A stretch of 64,000 nucleotides of DNA from Azolla caroliniana (Eukaryota > Plantae > Polypodiophyta). The notes beneath the pieces were generated by a model. The model saw only the letters and a program-made list of their open reading frames with translations. It searched no databases and was not told the DNA's origin. The stretch is from contig JBHGNT010000017.1 of assembly GCA_043228905.1 (NCBI GenBank), positions 8,494,001 to 8,558,000 of the forward strand. The letters are read 5' to 3'. Below, piece after piece: positions 36,125-49,798 of this stretch. How positions within the stretch are numbered: position 1 is the first letter of the stretch; every line of letters begins with the position of its first letter. The translations under genes and the position numbers were made by a program.

Positions 36125-36196
36125 TGCGCTTGCCGAGAGTTGAACTCGGGTCTATTGCTTGGAAGGCGATTATCCTAACCGTTGGACTACAAGCGC
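36125..36196 (-). tRNA. trnG-UCC: tRNA-Gly(UCC), array consensus
   Basis: Same 72-nt sequence. Confidence 0.85.
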
Positions 36197-36810
36197 AATT
36201 TGAACCTACTTCCAAGGGAATTTTATCCCAAACAAAAAATATACAAGATAAAATTATTATCAATGTGAGTCCTTTACCTTTACCAATTATTACTTGAGCT
36301 AGCAAATAGTGAGCCTTACCTTCTTCTAACAAGTCCACAAGAACGGCTTGTTTGAGCTAATTTCATCCTGTGTTCTTACAATCTAGTTATGAAACTCGTC
36401 CAACAACGTCATATTCTCGAATAAAATAAAATAGATTTTCTTTATCCAATTGAAGTTCTGGTCTAAAGCACATAGCGTACTTTTGCGTAATGTTGAAACG
36501 TGGTCTATTGCTTTCAAGAAAAATATCCTAACCGTAGGCCTACAAGCGCAGATATATCTCATATAAGCCTGAGTCATTAATCATTACCATTTTTTATGTT
36601 AGAAAGAAAAAGGTGACCCTAACATTCTTATAAGATAGAAACGACGCTAGTTTAGAGAAACGATTATTTGACGAAAGATTTATAGGAATTCAATTTGTCG
36701 GAGAGTTTTTACACTCCGCTAATCAAACTCTCGAACGACCTGACTTTGTCGAAATGGAATTGTAAGGTTTTCACGTTTCCATCTTAAGTAGCGGTGTAAA
36801 TAACATGGTG

Positions 36811-36882
36811 TGCGCTTGCCGAGAGTTGAACTCGGGTCTATTGCTTGGAAGGCGATTATCCTAACCGTTGGACTACAAGCGC
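36811..36882 (-). tRNA. trnG-UCC: tRNA-Gly(UCC), array consensus
   Basis: Same 72-nt sequence. Confidence 0.85.
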
Positions 36883-37775
36883 AATTTGAACCTACTTACA
36901 ATGAAATTTTCTCAGAAAGCAACAATATACAAGATAAAATTATTGCTGAGTAATTGCATATCAATGCGAGTTCTTAACCTTTACCAATTGTTACCTGAGC
37001 GAACGAATAGTGAGCTTTACTTTCTTCTAGCATACAAATGAAACAAGTACAGGAAACAACTTGTTTGAACTACTTTGTTCCCTTGTTCTTACAACCTCGT
37101 TTTGAAACTCGTCGAGCAATGCCATATTCTCGAATAAAATAAAATAGATTTTCTTTATCCAATTGAAGTTCTGGTCTAAAGCACATAGCGTACTTTTGCG
37201 TAATGTTGAAACGTGGTCTATTGCTTTCAAGAAAAATATCCTAACCGTAGGCCTACAAGCGCAGATATATCTCATATAAGCCTGAGTCATTAATCATTAC
37301 CATTTTTTATGTTGGAAAGAAAAAGGTGACCCTAACATTCTTATAAGATAGAAACGATGCTAGTTTAGAGAAACGATTATTTGACGAAAGATTTATAGGA
37401 ATTCAATTTGTCGGAGAGTTTTTACACTCCGCTAATGAAACTCTCGAACGACCTAATGTTGAAACGTGGTCTATTGCTTTCAAGAAAAATATCCTAACCG
37501 TAGGCCTACAAGGGCAGATATATCTCATATAAGCCTGAGTCATTAATCATTACCATTTTTTATGTTGGAAAGAAAAAGGTGACCCTAACATTCTTATAAG
37601 ATAGAAACGACGCTAGTTTAGAGAAACGATTATTTGACGAAAGATTTATAGGAATTCAATTTGTCGGAGAGTTTTTACACTCCGCTAATGAAACTCTCGA
37701 ACGACCTAACTTTGTCAAAGGGAATTGTAAGGTTTTCGCGTGTCCATCTTAAGTAGTGTTGTAAATAACATGGTG

Positions 37776-37847
37776 TGCGCTTGCCGAGAGTTGAACTCGG
37801 GTCTATTGCTTGGAAGGCGATTATCCTAACCGTTGGACTACAAGCGC
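37776..37847 (-). tRNA. trnG-UCC: tRNA-Gly(UCC), array consensus
   Basis: Same 72-nt sequence. Confidence 0.85.
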
Positions 37848-38461
37848 AATTTGAACCTACTTCCAAGGGAATTTTATCCCAAACAAAAAATATACAAGAT
37901 AAAATTATTATCAATGTGAGTCCTTTACCTTTACCAATTATTACTTGAGCTAGCAAATAGTGAGCCTGACCTTCTTCTAACAAGTCCACAAGAACGGCTT
38001 GTTTGAGCTAATTTCATCCTGTGTTCTTACAATCTAGTTATGAAACTCGTCCAACAACGTCATATTCTCGAATAAAATAAAATAGATTTTCTTTATCCAA
38101 TTGAAGTTCTGGTCTAAAGCACATAGCGTACTTTTGCGTAATGTTGAAACGTGGTCTATTGCTTTCAAGAAAAATATCCTAACCGTAGGCCTACAAGCGC
38201 AGATATATCTCATATAAGCCTGAGTCATTAATCATTACCATTTTTTATGTTAGAAAGAAAAAGGTGACCCTAACATTCTTATAAGATAGAAACGACGCTA
38301 GTTTAGAGAAACGATTATTTGACGAAAGATTTATAGGAATTCAATTTGTCGGAGAGTTTTTACACTCCGCTAATCAAACTCTCGAACGACCTGACTTTGT
38401 CGAAAGGGAATTGTAAGGTTTTCACGTTTCCATCTTAAGTAGCGGTGTAAATAACATGGTG

Positions 38462-38533
38462 TGCCCTTGCCGAGAGTTGAACTCGGGTCTATTGCTTGGA
38501 AGGCGATTATCCTAACCGTTGGACTACAAGCGC
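38462..38533 (-). tRNA. trnG-UCC: tRNA-Gly(UCC), G3-G70 variant
   Basis: Same variant as 30480. Confidence 0.7.
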
Positions 38534-39186
38534 AATTTGAACCTACTTACAATGAAATTTTCTCAGAAAGCAACAGTATACAAGATAAAATTATTGCTGA
38601 GTAATTGCATATCAATGCGAGTTCTTAACCTTTACCAATTGTTACCTGAGCGAACGAATAGTGAGCTTTACTTTCTTCTAGCATACAAATGAAACAAGTA
38701 CAGGAAACAGCTTGTTTGAACTACTTTGTTCCCTTGTTCTTACAACCTCGTTTTGAAACTCGTCGAGCAATGCCATATTCTCGAATTGAATCGTATAGAT
38801 TTTGATTGTCCCATTGAAGTACTGCTCTAAAGCACATAGCTTGCGCTTGCGGAATGTGGAAACCTGGTCTTTTGCTTTCCAGAAAAATATCCTAACCGTA
38901 GGCCTACAGGTGGACAGCTATCTCATATGAACCCCAGTCCTTAATCTTTACCATTTTTAATGTGAGTGAGGAAAAGGTGAACAAAAGGTGACCCTAACGT
39001 CCTTATAAGATAGAAACGAAACTAGTTGAGAGATATGATTGCTTGACGTAAGTTTTAAAAGGAATTCAATTTGTTGGAGAGTTTTTACCCTCCGCTAATG
39101 AAACTCTCGAACAACCTAACTTTGTCGAAAGGGAATTGTAAGGTTTTCACGTTTCCATCTTATGTAGCGGTGTAAATAACATGGTG

Positions 39187-39258
39187 TGCGCTTGCCGAGA
39201 GTTGAACTCGGGTCTATTGTTTGGAAGGCGATTATCCTAACCGTTGGACTACAAGCGC
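39187..39258 (-). tRNA. trnG-UCC: tRNA-Gly(UCC), G39A variant
   Basis: Same variant as 32615, exactly 6572 bp away. Confidence 0.65.
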
Positions 39259-39872
39259 AATTTGAACCTACTTCCAAGGGAATTTTATCCCAAACTGAAA
39301 ATATACAAGATAAAATTATTATCAATGTGAGTCCTTAACCTTTACCAATTATTACTTGAGCTAGCAAATAGTGAGCCTTACTTTCTTCTAACAAGTCCAC
39401 AAGAACGGCTTGTTTGAGCTAATTTCATCCTGTGTTCTTACAATCTAGTTATGAAACTCGTCCAACAACGTCATATTCTCGAATAAAATAAAATAGATTT
39501 TCTTTATCCAATTGAAGTTCTGGTCTAAAGCACATAGCGTACTTTTGCGTAATGTTGAAACGTGGTCTATTGCTTTCAAGAAAAATATCCTAATTGTAGC
39601 GCTACAAGCGAAGCTATATCTCATATAAGCCTGAGTCATTAATCATTACCATTTTTTATGTTGGAAAGAAAAAGGTGACCCTAACATTCTTATAAGATAG
39701 AAACGACGCTAGTTTAGAGAAAGGATTATTTGACGAAAGATTTATAGGAATTCAATTTGTCGGAGAGTTTTTACACTCCGCTAATCAAACTCTCGAACGA
39801 CCTAACTTTGTCGAAAGGGAATTGTAAGGTTTTCACGTTTCCATCTTAAGTAGCGCTGTAAATAACATGGTG

Positions 39873-39944
39873 TGCGCTTGCCGAGAGTTGAACTCGGGTC
39901 TATTGCTTGGAAGGCGATTATCCTAACCGTTGGACTACAAGCGC
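39873..39944 (-). tRNA. trnG-UCC: tRNA-Gly(UCC), array consensus
   Basis: Same 72-nt sequence. Confidence 0.85.
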
Positions 39945-40584
39945 AATTTGAACCTACTTACAATGAAATTTTCTCAGAAAGCAACAATATACAAGATAAA
40001 ATTATTGCTGAGTAATTGCATATCAATGCGAGTTCTTAACCTTTACCAATTGTTACCTGAGCGAACGAATAGTGAGCTTTACTTTCTTCTAGCATACAAA
40101 TGAAACAAGTACAGGAAACAGCTTGTTTGAACTACTTTGTTCCCTTGTTCTTACAACCTCGTTTTGAAACTCGTCGAGCAATGCCATATTCTCGAATAAA
40201 ATAAAATAGATTTTCTTTATCCAATTGAAGTTCTGGTCTAAAGCACATAGCGTACTTTTGCGTAATGTTGAAACGTGGTCTATTGCTTTCAAGAAAAATA
40301 TCCTAACCGTAGGCCTACAAGCGCAGATATATCTCATATAAGCCTGAGTCCTTAATCATTACCCTTTTTTATGTTGGAAAGAAAAAGGTGACCCTAACAT
40401 TCTTATAAGATAGAAACGACGCTAGTTTAGAGAAACGATTATTTGACGAAAGATTTATAGGAATTCAATTTGTCGGAGAGTTTTTACACTCCGCTAATGA
40501 AACTCTCGAACGACCTAACTTTGTCAAAGGGAATTGTAAGGTTTTCGCGTGTCCATCTTAAGTAGTGTTGTAAATAACATGGTG

Positions 40585-40656
40585 TGCGCTTGCCGAGAGT
40601 TGAACTCGGGTCTATTGCTTGGAAGGCGATTATCCTAACCGTTGGACTACAAGCGC
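40585..40656 (-). tRNA. trnG-UCC: tRNA-Gly(UCC), array consensus
   Basis: Same 72-nt sequence. Confidence 0.85.
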
Positions 40657-41270
40657 AATTTGAACCTACTTTCAAGGAAATTTTATCCCAAACAAAAAAT
40701 ATACAAGATAAAATTATTATCAATGTGAGTCCTTTACCTTTACCAATTATTACTTGAGCTAGCAAATAGTGAGCCTTACCTTCTTTTAACAAGTCCACAA
40801 GAACGGCTTGTTTGAGCTAATTTCATCCTGTGTTCTTACAATCTAGTTATGAAACTCGTCCAACAACGTCATATTCTCGAATAAAATAAAATAGATTTTC
40901 TTTATCCAATTGAAGTTCTGGTCTAAAGCACATAGCGTACTTTTGCGTAATGTTGAAACGTGGTCTATTGCTTTCAAGAAAAATATCCTAATTGTAGCGC
41001 TACAAGCGCAGATATATCTCATATAAGCCTGAGTCATTAATCATTACCATTTTTTATGTTCGAAAGAAAAAGGTGACCCTAACATTCTTATAAGATAGAA
41101 ACGACGCTAGTTTAGAGAAAGGATTATTTGACGAAAGATTTATAGGAATTCAATTTGTCGGAGAGTTTTTACACTCCGCTAATCAAACTCTCGAACGACC
41201 TGACTTTGTCGAAAGGGAATTGTAAGGTTTTCACGTTTCCATCTTAAGTAGCGGTGTAAATAACATGGTG

Positions 41271-41342
41271 TGCGCTTGCCGAGAGTTGAACTCGGGTCTA
41301 TTGCTTGGAAGGCGATTATCCTAACCGTTGGACTACAAGCGC
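41271..41342 (-). tRNA. trnG-UCC: tRNA-Gly(UCC), array consensus
   Basis: Same 72-nt sequence. Confidence 0.85.
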
Positions 41343-41984
41343 AATTTGAACCTACTTACAATGAAATTTTCTCAGAAAGCAACAGTATACAAGATAAAAT
41401 TATTGCTGAGTAATTGCATATCAATGCGAGTTCTTAACCTTTACCAATTGTTACCTGAGCGAACGAATAGTGAGCTTTACTTTCTTCTAGCATACAAATG
41501 AAACAAGTACAGGAAACAACTTGTTTGAAGTACTTTGTTCCCTTGTTCTTACAACCTCGTTTTGAAACTCGTCGAGCAATGCCATATTCTCGAATAAAAT
41601 AAAATAGATTTTCTTTATCCAATTGAAGTTCTGGTCTAAAGCACATAGCGTACTTTTGCGTAATGTTGAAACGTGGTCTATTGCTTTCAAGAAAAATATC
41701 CTAACCGTAGGCCTACAAGCGCAGATATGTCTCATATAAGCCTGAGTCATTAATCATTACCATTTTTTATGTTAGAAAGAAAAAGGTGACCCTAACATTC
41801 TTATAAGATAGAAACGACACTAGTTTAGAGAAACGATTATTTGACGAAAGATTTATAGGAATTCAATTTGTCGGAGAGTTTTTACACTCCGCTAATCAAA
41901 CTCTCGAACGACCTGACTTTGTCGAAAGGGAATTGTAAGGTTTTCACGTTTTACATCTTAAGTAGCGGTGTAAATAACATGGTG

Positions 41985-42056
41985 TGCGCTTGCCGAGAGT
42001 TGAACTCGGGTCTATTGCTTGGAAGGCGATTATCCTAACCGTTGGACTACAAGCGC
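41985..42056 (-). tRNA. trnG-UCC: tRNA-Gly(UCC), array consensus (upstream CAA motif mutated)
   Basis: Same as 35413, 6572 bp away. Confidence 0.82.
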
Positions 42057-42696
42057 AATGTGGACCTACTTACAATGAAATTTTCTCAGAAAGCAACAGT
42101 ATACAAGATAAAATTATTGCTGAGTAATTGCATATCAATGCGAGTTCTTAACCTTTACCAATTGTTACCTGAGCGAACGAATAGTGAGCTTTACTTTCTT
42201 CTAGCATACAAATGAAACAAGTACAGGAAACAACTTGTTTGAACTACTTTGTTCCCTTGTTCTTACAACCTCGTTTTGAAACTCGTCGAGGAATGCCATA
42301 TTCTCGAATAAAATAAAATAGATTTTCTTTATCCAATTGAAGTTCTGGTGTAAAGCACATAGCGTACTTTTGCGTAATGTTGAAACGTGGTCTATTGCTT
42401 TCAAGAAAAATAACCTAACCGTAGGCCTACAAGCGCAGATATATCTCATATAAGCCTGAGTCATTAATCATTACCATTTTTTATGTTGGAAAGAAAAAGG
42501 TGATCCTAACATTCTTATAAGATAGAAACGACGCTAGTTTAGAGAAACGATTATTTGACGAAAGATTTATAGGAATTCAATTTGTCGGAGAGTTTTTACA
42601 CTCCGCTAATGAAACTCTCGAACGACCTAACTTTGTCAAAGGGAATTGTAAGGTTTTCGCGTGTCCATCTTAAGTAGTGTTGTAAATAACATGGTG

Positions 42697-42768
42697 TGCG
42701 CTTGCCGAGAGTTGAACTCGGGTCTATTGCTTGGAAGGCGATTATCCTAACCGTTGGACTACAAGCGC
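42697..42768 (-). tRNA. trnG-UCC: tRNA-Gly(UCC), array consensus
   Basis: Same 72-nt sequence. Confidence 0.85.
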
Positions 42769-43382
42769 AATTTGAACCTACTTCCAAGGGAATTTTATCC
42801 CAAACAAAAAATATACAAGATAAAATTATTATCAATGTGAGTCCTTTACCTTTACCAATTATTACTTGAGCTAGCAAATAGTGAGCCTTACCTTCTTCTA
42901 ACAAGTCCACAAGAACGGCTTGTTTGAGCTAATTTCATCCTGTGTTCTTACAATCTAGTTATGAAACTCGTCCAACAACGTCATATTCTCGAATAAAATA
43001 AAATAGATTTTCTTTATCCAATTGAAGTTCTGGTCTAAAGCACATAGCGTACTTTTGCGTAATGTTGAAACGTGGTCTATTGCTTTCAAGAAAAATATCC
43101 TAACCGTAGGCCTACAAGCGCAGATATATCTCATATAAGCCTGAGTCATTAATCATTACCATTTTTTATGTTAGAAAGAAAAAGGTGACCCTAACATTCT
43201 TATAAGATAGAAACGACGCTAGTTTAGAGAAACGATTATTTGACGAAAGATTTATAGGAATTCAATTTGTCGGAGAGTTTTTACACTCCGCTAATCAAAC
43301 TCTCGAACGACCTGACTTTGTCGAAATGGAATTGTAAGGTTTTCACGTTTCCATCTTAAGTAGCGGTGTAAATAACATGGTG

Positions 43383-43454
43383 TGCGCTTGCCGAGAGTTG
43401 AACTCGGGTCTATTGCTTGGAAGGCGATTATCCTAACCGTTGGACTACAAGCGC
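43383..43454 (-). tRNA. trnG-UCC: tRNA-Gly(UCC), array consensus
   Basis: Same 72-nt sequence. Confidence 0.85.
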
Positions 43455-44347
43455 AATTTGAACCTACTTACAATGAAATTTTCTCAGAAAGCAACAATAT
43501 ACAAGATAAAATTATTGCTGAGTAATTGCATATCAATGCGAGTTCTTAACCTTTACCAATTGTTACCTGAGCGAACGAATAGTGAGCTTTACTTTCTTCT
43601 AGCATACAAATGAAACAAGTACAGGAAACAACTTGTTTGAACTACTTTGTTCCCTTGTTCTTACAACCTCGTTTTGAAACTCGTCGAGCAATGCCATATT
43701 CTCGAATAAAATAAAATAGATTTTCTTTATCCAATTGAAGTTCTGGTCTAAAGCACATAGCGTACTTTTGCGTAATGTTGAAACGTGGTCTATTGCTTTC
43801 AAGAAAAATATCCTAACCGTAGGCCTACAAGCGCAGATATATCTCATATAAGCCTGAGTCATTAATCATTACCATTTTTTATGTTGGAAAGAAAAAGGTG
43901 ACCCTAACATTCTTATAAGATAGAAACGATGCTAGTTTAGAGAAACGATTATTTGACGAAAGATTTATAGGAATTCAATTTGTCGGAGAGTTTTTACACT
44001 CCGCTAATGAAACTCTCGAACGACCTAATGTTGAAACGTGGTCTATTGCTTTCAAGAAAAATATCCTAACCGTAGGCCTACAAGGGCAGATATATCTCAT
44101 ATAAGCCTGAGTCATTAATCATTACCATTTTTTATGTTGGAAAGAAAAAGGTGACCCTAACATTCTTATAAGATAGAAACGACGCTAGTTTAGAGAAACG
44201 ATTATTTGACGAAAGATTTATAGGAATTCAATTTGTCGGAGAGTTTTTACACTCCGCTAATGAAACTCTCGAACGACCTAACTTTGTCAAAGGGAATTGT
44301 AAGGTTTTCGCGTGTCCATCTTAAGTAGTGTTGTAAATAACATGGTG

Positions 44348-44419
44348 TGCGCTTGCCGAGAGTTGAACTCGGGTCTATTGCTTGGAAGGCGATTATCCTA
44401 ACCGTTGGACTACAAGCGC
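44348..44419 (-). tRNA. trnG-UCC: tRNA-Gly(UCC), array consensus
   Basis: Same 72-nt sequence. Confidence 0.85.
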
Positions 44420-45033
44420 AATTTGAACCTACTTCCAAGGGAATTTTATCCCAAACAAAAAATATACAAGATAAAATTATTATCAATGTGAGTCCTTTAC
44501 CTTTACCAATTATTACTTGAGCTAGCAAATAGTGAGCCTTACCTTCTTCTAACAAGTCCACAAGAACGGCTTGTTTGAGCTAATTTCATCCTGTGTTCTT
44601 ACAATCTAGTTATGAAACTCGTCCAACAACGTCATATTCTCGAATAAAATAAAATAGATTTTCTTTATCCAATTGAAGTTCTGGTCTAAAGCACATAGCG
44701 TACTTTTGCGTAATGTTGAAACGTGGTCTATTGCTTTCAAGAAAAATATCCTAACCGTAGGCCTACAAGCGCAGATATATCTCATATAAGCCTGAGTCAT
44801 TAATCATTACCATTTTTTATGTTAGAAAGAAAAAGGTGACCCTAACATTCTTATAAGATAGAAACGACGCTAGTTTAGAGAAACGATTATTTGACGAAAG
44901 ATTTATAGGAATTCAATTTGTCGGAGAGTTTTTACACTCCGCTAATCAAACTCTCGAACGACCTGACTTTGTCGAAATGGAATTGTAAGGTTTTCACGTT
45001 TCCATCTTAAGTAGCGGTGTAAATAACATGGTG

Positions 45034-45105
45034 TGCGCTTGCCGAGAGTTGAACTCGGGTCTATTGCTTGGAAGGCGATTATCCTAACCGTTGGACTACA
45101 AGCGC
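45034..45105 (-). tRNA. trnG-UCC: tRNA-Gly(UCC), array consensus
   Basis: Same 72-nt sequence. Confidence 0.85.
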
Positions 45106-45998
45106 AATTTGAACCTACTTACAATGAAATTTTCTCAGAAAGCAACAATATACAAGATAAAATTATTGCTGAGTAATTGCATATCAATGCGAGTTCTTAA
45201 CCTTTACCAATTGTTACCTGAGCGAACGAATAGTGAGCTTTACTTTCTTCTAGCATACAAATGAAACAAGTACAGGAAACAACTTGTTTGAACTACTTTG
45301 TTCCCTTGTTCTTACAACCTCGTTTTGAAACTCGTCGAGCAATGCCATATTCTCGAATAAAATAAAATAGATTTTCTTTATCCAATTGAAGTTCTGGTCT
45401 AAAGCACATAGCGTACTTTTGCGTAATGTTGAAACGTGGTCTATTGCTTTCAAGAAAAATATCCTAACCGTAGGCCTACAAGCGCAGATATATCTCATAT
45501 AAGCCTGAGTCATTAATCATTACCATTTTTTATGTTGGAAAGAAAAAGGTGACCCTAACATTCTTATAAGATAGAAACGACGCTAGTTTAGAGAAACGAT
45601 TATTTGACGAAAGATTTATAGGAATTCAATTTGTCGGAGAGTTTTTACACGCCGCTAATGAAACTCTCGAACGACCTAATGTTGAAACGTGGTCTATTGC
45701 TTTCAAGAAAAATATCCTAACCGTAGGCCTACAAGGGCAGATATATCTCATATAAGCCTGAGTCATTAATCATTACCATTTTTTATGTTGGAAAGAAAAA
45801 GGTGACCCTAACATTCTTATAAGATAGAAACGACGCTAGTTTAGAGAAACGATTATTTGACGAAAGATTTATAGGAATTCAATTTGTCGGAGAGTTTTTA
45901 CACTCCGCTAATGAAACTCTCGAACGACCTAACTTTGTCAAAGGGAATTGTAAGGTTTTCGCGTGTCCATCTTAAGTAGTGTTGTAAATAACATGGTG

Positions 45999-46070
45999 TG
46001 CGCTTGCCGAGAGTTGAACTCGGGTCTATTGCTTGGAAGGCGATTATCCTAACCGTTGGACTACAAGCGC
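45999..46070 (-). tRNA. trnG-UCC: tRNA-Gly(UCC), array consensus
   Basis: Same 72-nt sequence. Confidence 0.85.
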
Positions 46071-46684
46071 AATTTGAACCTACTTCCAAGGGAATTTTAT
46101 CCCAAACAAAAAATATACAAGATAAAATTATTATCAATGTGAGTCCTTAACCTTTACCAATTATTACTTGAGCTAGCAAATAGTGAGCCTTACCTTCTTC
46201 TAACAAGTCCACAAGAACGGCTTGTTTGAGCTAATTTCATCCTGTGTTCTTACAATCTAGTTATGAAACTCGTCCAACAACGTCATATTCTCGAATAAAA
46301 TAAAATAGATTTTCTTTATCCAATTGAAGTTCTGGTCTAATGCACATAGCGTACTTTTGCGTAATGTTGAAACGTGGTCTATTGCTTTCAAGAAAAATAT
46401 CCTAACCGTAGGCCTACAAGCGCAGATATATCTCATATAAGCCTGAGTCATTAATCATTACCATTTTTTATGTTAGAAAGAAAAAGGTGACCCTAACATT
46501 CTTATAAGATAGAAACGACGCTAGTTTAGAGAAACGATTATTTGACGAAAGATTTATAGGAATTCAATTTGTCGGAGAGTTTTTACACTCCGCTAATCAA
46601 ACTCTCGAACGACCTGACTTTGTCGAAAGGGAATTGTAAGGTTTTCACGTTTCCATCTTAAGTAGCGGTGTAAATAACATGGTG

Positions 46685-46756
46685 TGCGCTTGCCGAGAGT
46701 TGAACTCGGGTCTATTGCTTGGAAGGCGATTATCCTAACCGTTGGACTACAAGCGC
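46685..46756 (-). tRNA. trnG-UCC: tRNA-Gly(UCC), array consensus
   Basis: Same 72-nt sequence. Confidence 0.85.
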
Positions 46757-47649
46757 AATTTGAACCTACTTACAATGAAATTTTCTCAGAAAGCAACAAT
46801 ATACAAGATAAAATTATTGCTGAGTAATTGCATATCAATGCGAGTTCTTAACCTTTACCAATTGTTACCTGAGCGAACGAATAGTGAGCTTTACTTTCTT
46901 CTAGCATACAAATGAAACAAGTACAGGAAACAACTTGTTTGAACTACTTTGTTCCCTTGTTCTTACAACCTCGTTTTGAAACTCGTCGAGCAATGCCATA
47001 TTCTCGAATAAAATAAAATAGATTTTCTTTATCCAATTGAAGTTCTGGTCTAAAGCACATAGCGTACTTTTGCGTAATGTTGAAACGTGGTCTATTGCTT
47101 TCAAGAAAAATATCCTAACCGTAGGCCTACAAGCGCAGATATATCTCATATAAGCCTGAGTCATTAATCATTACCATTTTTTATGTTGGAAAGAAAAAGG
47201 TGACCCTAACATTCTTATAAGATAGAAACGACGCTAGTTTAGAGAAACGATTATTTGACGAAAGATTTATAGGAATTCAATTTGTCGGAGAGTTTTTACA
47301 CGCCGCTAATGAAACTCTCGAACGACCTAATGTTGAAACGTGGTCTATTGCTTTCAAGAAAAATATCCTAACCGTAGGCCTACAAGGGCAGATATATCTC
47401 ATATAAGCCTGAGTCATTAATCATTACCATTTTTTATGTTGGAAAGAAAAAGGTGACCCTAACATTCTTATAAGATAGAAACGACGCTAGTTTAGAGAAA
47501 CGATTATTTGACGAAAGATTTATAGGAATTCAATTTGTCGGAGAGTTTTTACACTCCGCTAATGAAACTCTCGAACGACCTAACTTTGTCAAAGGGAATT
47601 GTAAGGTTTTCGCGTGTCCATCTTAAGTAGTGTTGTAAATAACATGGTG

Positions 47650-47721
47650 TGCGCTTGCCGAGAGTTGAACTCGGGTCTATTGCTTGGAAGGCGATTATCC
47701 TAACCGTTGGACTACAAGCGC
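47650..47721 (-). tRNA. trnG-UCC: tRNA-Gly(UCC), array consensus
   Basis: Same 72-nt sequence. Confidence 0.85.
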
Positions 47722-48335
47722 AATTTGAACCTACTTCCAAGGGAATTTTATCCCAAACAAAAAATATACAAGATAAAATTATTATCAATGTGAGTCCTTA
47801 ACCTTTACCAATTATTACTTGAGCTAGCAAATAGTGAGCCTTACCTTCTTCTAACAAGTCCACAAGAACGGCTTGTTTGAGCTAATTTCATCCTGTGTTC
47901 TTACAATCTAGTTATGAAACTCGTCCAACAACGTCATATTCTCGAATAAAATAAAATAGATTTTCTTTATCCAATTGAAGTTCTGGTCTAATGCACATAG
48001 CGTACTTTTGCGTAATGTTGAAACGTGGTCTATTGCTTTCAAGAAAAATATCCTAACCGTAGGCCTACAAGCGCAGATATATCTCATATAAGCCTGAGTC
48101 ATTAATCATTACCATTTTTTATGTTAGAAAGAAAAAGGTGACCCTAACATTCTTATAAGATAGAAACGACGCTAGTTTAGAGAAACGATTATTTGACGAA
48201 AGATTTATAGGAATTCAATTTGTCGGAGAGTTTTTACACTCCGCTAATCAAACTCTCGAACGACCTGACTTTGTCGAAAGGGAATTGTAAGGTTTTCACG
48301 TTTCCATCTTAAGTAGCGGTGTAAATAACATGGTG

Positions 48336-48407
48336 TGCGCTTGCCGAGAGTTGAACTCGGGTCTATTGCTTGGAAGGCGATTATCCTAACCGTTGGACTA
48401 CAAGCGC
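48336..48407 (-). tRNA. trnG-UCC: tRNA-Gly(UCC), array consensus
   Basis: Same 72-nt sequence. Confidence 0.85.
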
Positions 48408-49047
48408 AATTTGAACCTACTTACAATGAAATTTTCTCAGAAAGCAACAATATACAAGATAAAATTATTGCTGAGTAATTGCATATCAATGCGAGTTCTT
48501 AACCTTTACCAATTGTTACCTGAGCGAACGAATAGTGAGCTTTACTTTCTTCTAGCATACAAATGAAACAAGTACAGGAAACAACTTGTTTGAACTACTT
48601 TGTTCCCTTGTTCTTACAACCTCGTTTTGAAACTCGTCGAGCAATGCCATATTCTCGAATAAAATAAAATAGATTTTCTTTATCCAATTGAAGTTCTGGT
48701 CTAAAGCACATAGCGTACTTTTGCGTAATGTTGAAACGTGGTCTATTGCTTTCAAGAAAAATATCCTAACCGTAGGCCTACAAGCGCAGATATATCTCAT
48801 ATAAGCCTGAGTCATTAATCATTACCATTTTTTATGTTGGCAAGAAAAAGGTGACCCTAACATTCTTATAAAATAGAAACGACGCTAGTTTAGAGAAACG
48901 ATTATTTGACGAAAGATTTATAGGAATTCAATTTGTCGGAGAGTTTTTACACTCCGCTAATGAAACTCTCGAACGACCTAACTTTGTCAAAGGGAATTGT
49001 AAGGTTTTCGCGTGTCCATCTTAAGTAGTGTTGTAAATAACATGGTG

Positions 49048-49119
49048 TGCGCTTGCCGAGAGTTGAACTCGGGTCTATTGCTTGGAAGGCGATTATCCTA
49101 ACCGTTGGACTACAAGCGC
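49048..49119 (-). tRNA. trnG-UCC: tRNA-Gly(UCC), array consensus
   Basis: Same 72-nt sequence. Confidence 0.85.
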
Positions 49120-49726
49120 AATTTGAACCTACATCCAAGGGAATTTTATCCCAAACAAAAAATATACAAGATAAAATTATTATCAATGTGAGTCCTTTAC
49201 CTTTACCAATTATTACTTGAGCTAGCAAATAGTGAGCCTTACCTTCTTCTAACAAGTCCACAAGAACGGCTTGTTTGAGCTAATTTCATCCTGTGTTCTT
49301 ACAATCTAGTTATGAAACTCGTCCAACAACGTCATATTCTCGAATAAAATAAAGTAGATTTTCTTTATCCAATTGAAGTTCTGGTCTAAAGCACATAGCG
49401 TACTTTTGCGTAATGTTGAAACGTGGTCTATTGCTTTCAAGAAAAATATCCTAACCGTAGGCCTACAAGCGCAGATATATCTCATATAAGCCTGAGTCAT
49501 TAATCATTACCATTTTTTATGTTAGAAAGAAAAAGGTGACCCTAACATTCTTATAAGATAGAAACGACGCTAGTTTAGAGAAACGATTATTTGACGAAAG
49601 ATTTATAGGAATTCAATTTGTCGGAGAGTTTCCGCTAATCAAACTCTCGAACGACCTGACTTTGTCGAAAGGGAATTGTAAGGTTTTCACGTTTCCATCT
49701 TAAGTAGCGGTGTAAATAACATGGTG

Positions 49727-49798
49727 TGCGCTTGCCGAGAGTTGAACTCGGGTCTATTGCTTGGAAGGCGATTATCCTAACCGTTGGACTACAAGCGC
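49727..49798 (-). tRNA. trnG-UCC: tRNA-Gly(UCC), array consensus
   Basis: Same 72-nt sequence. Confidence 0.85.
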
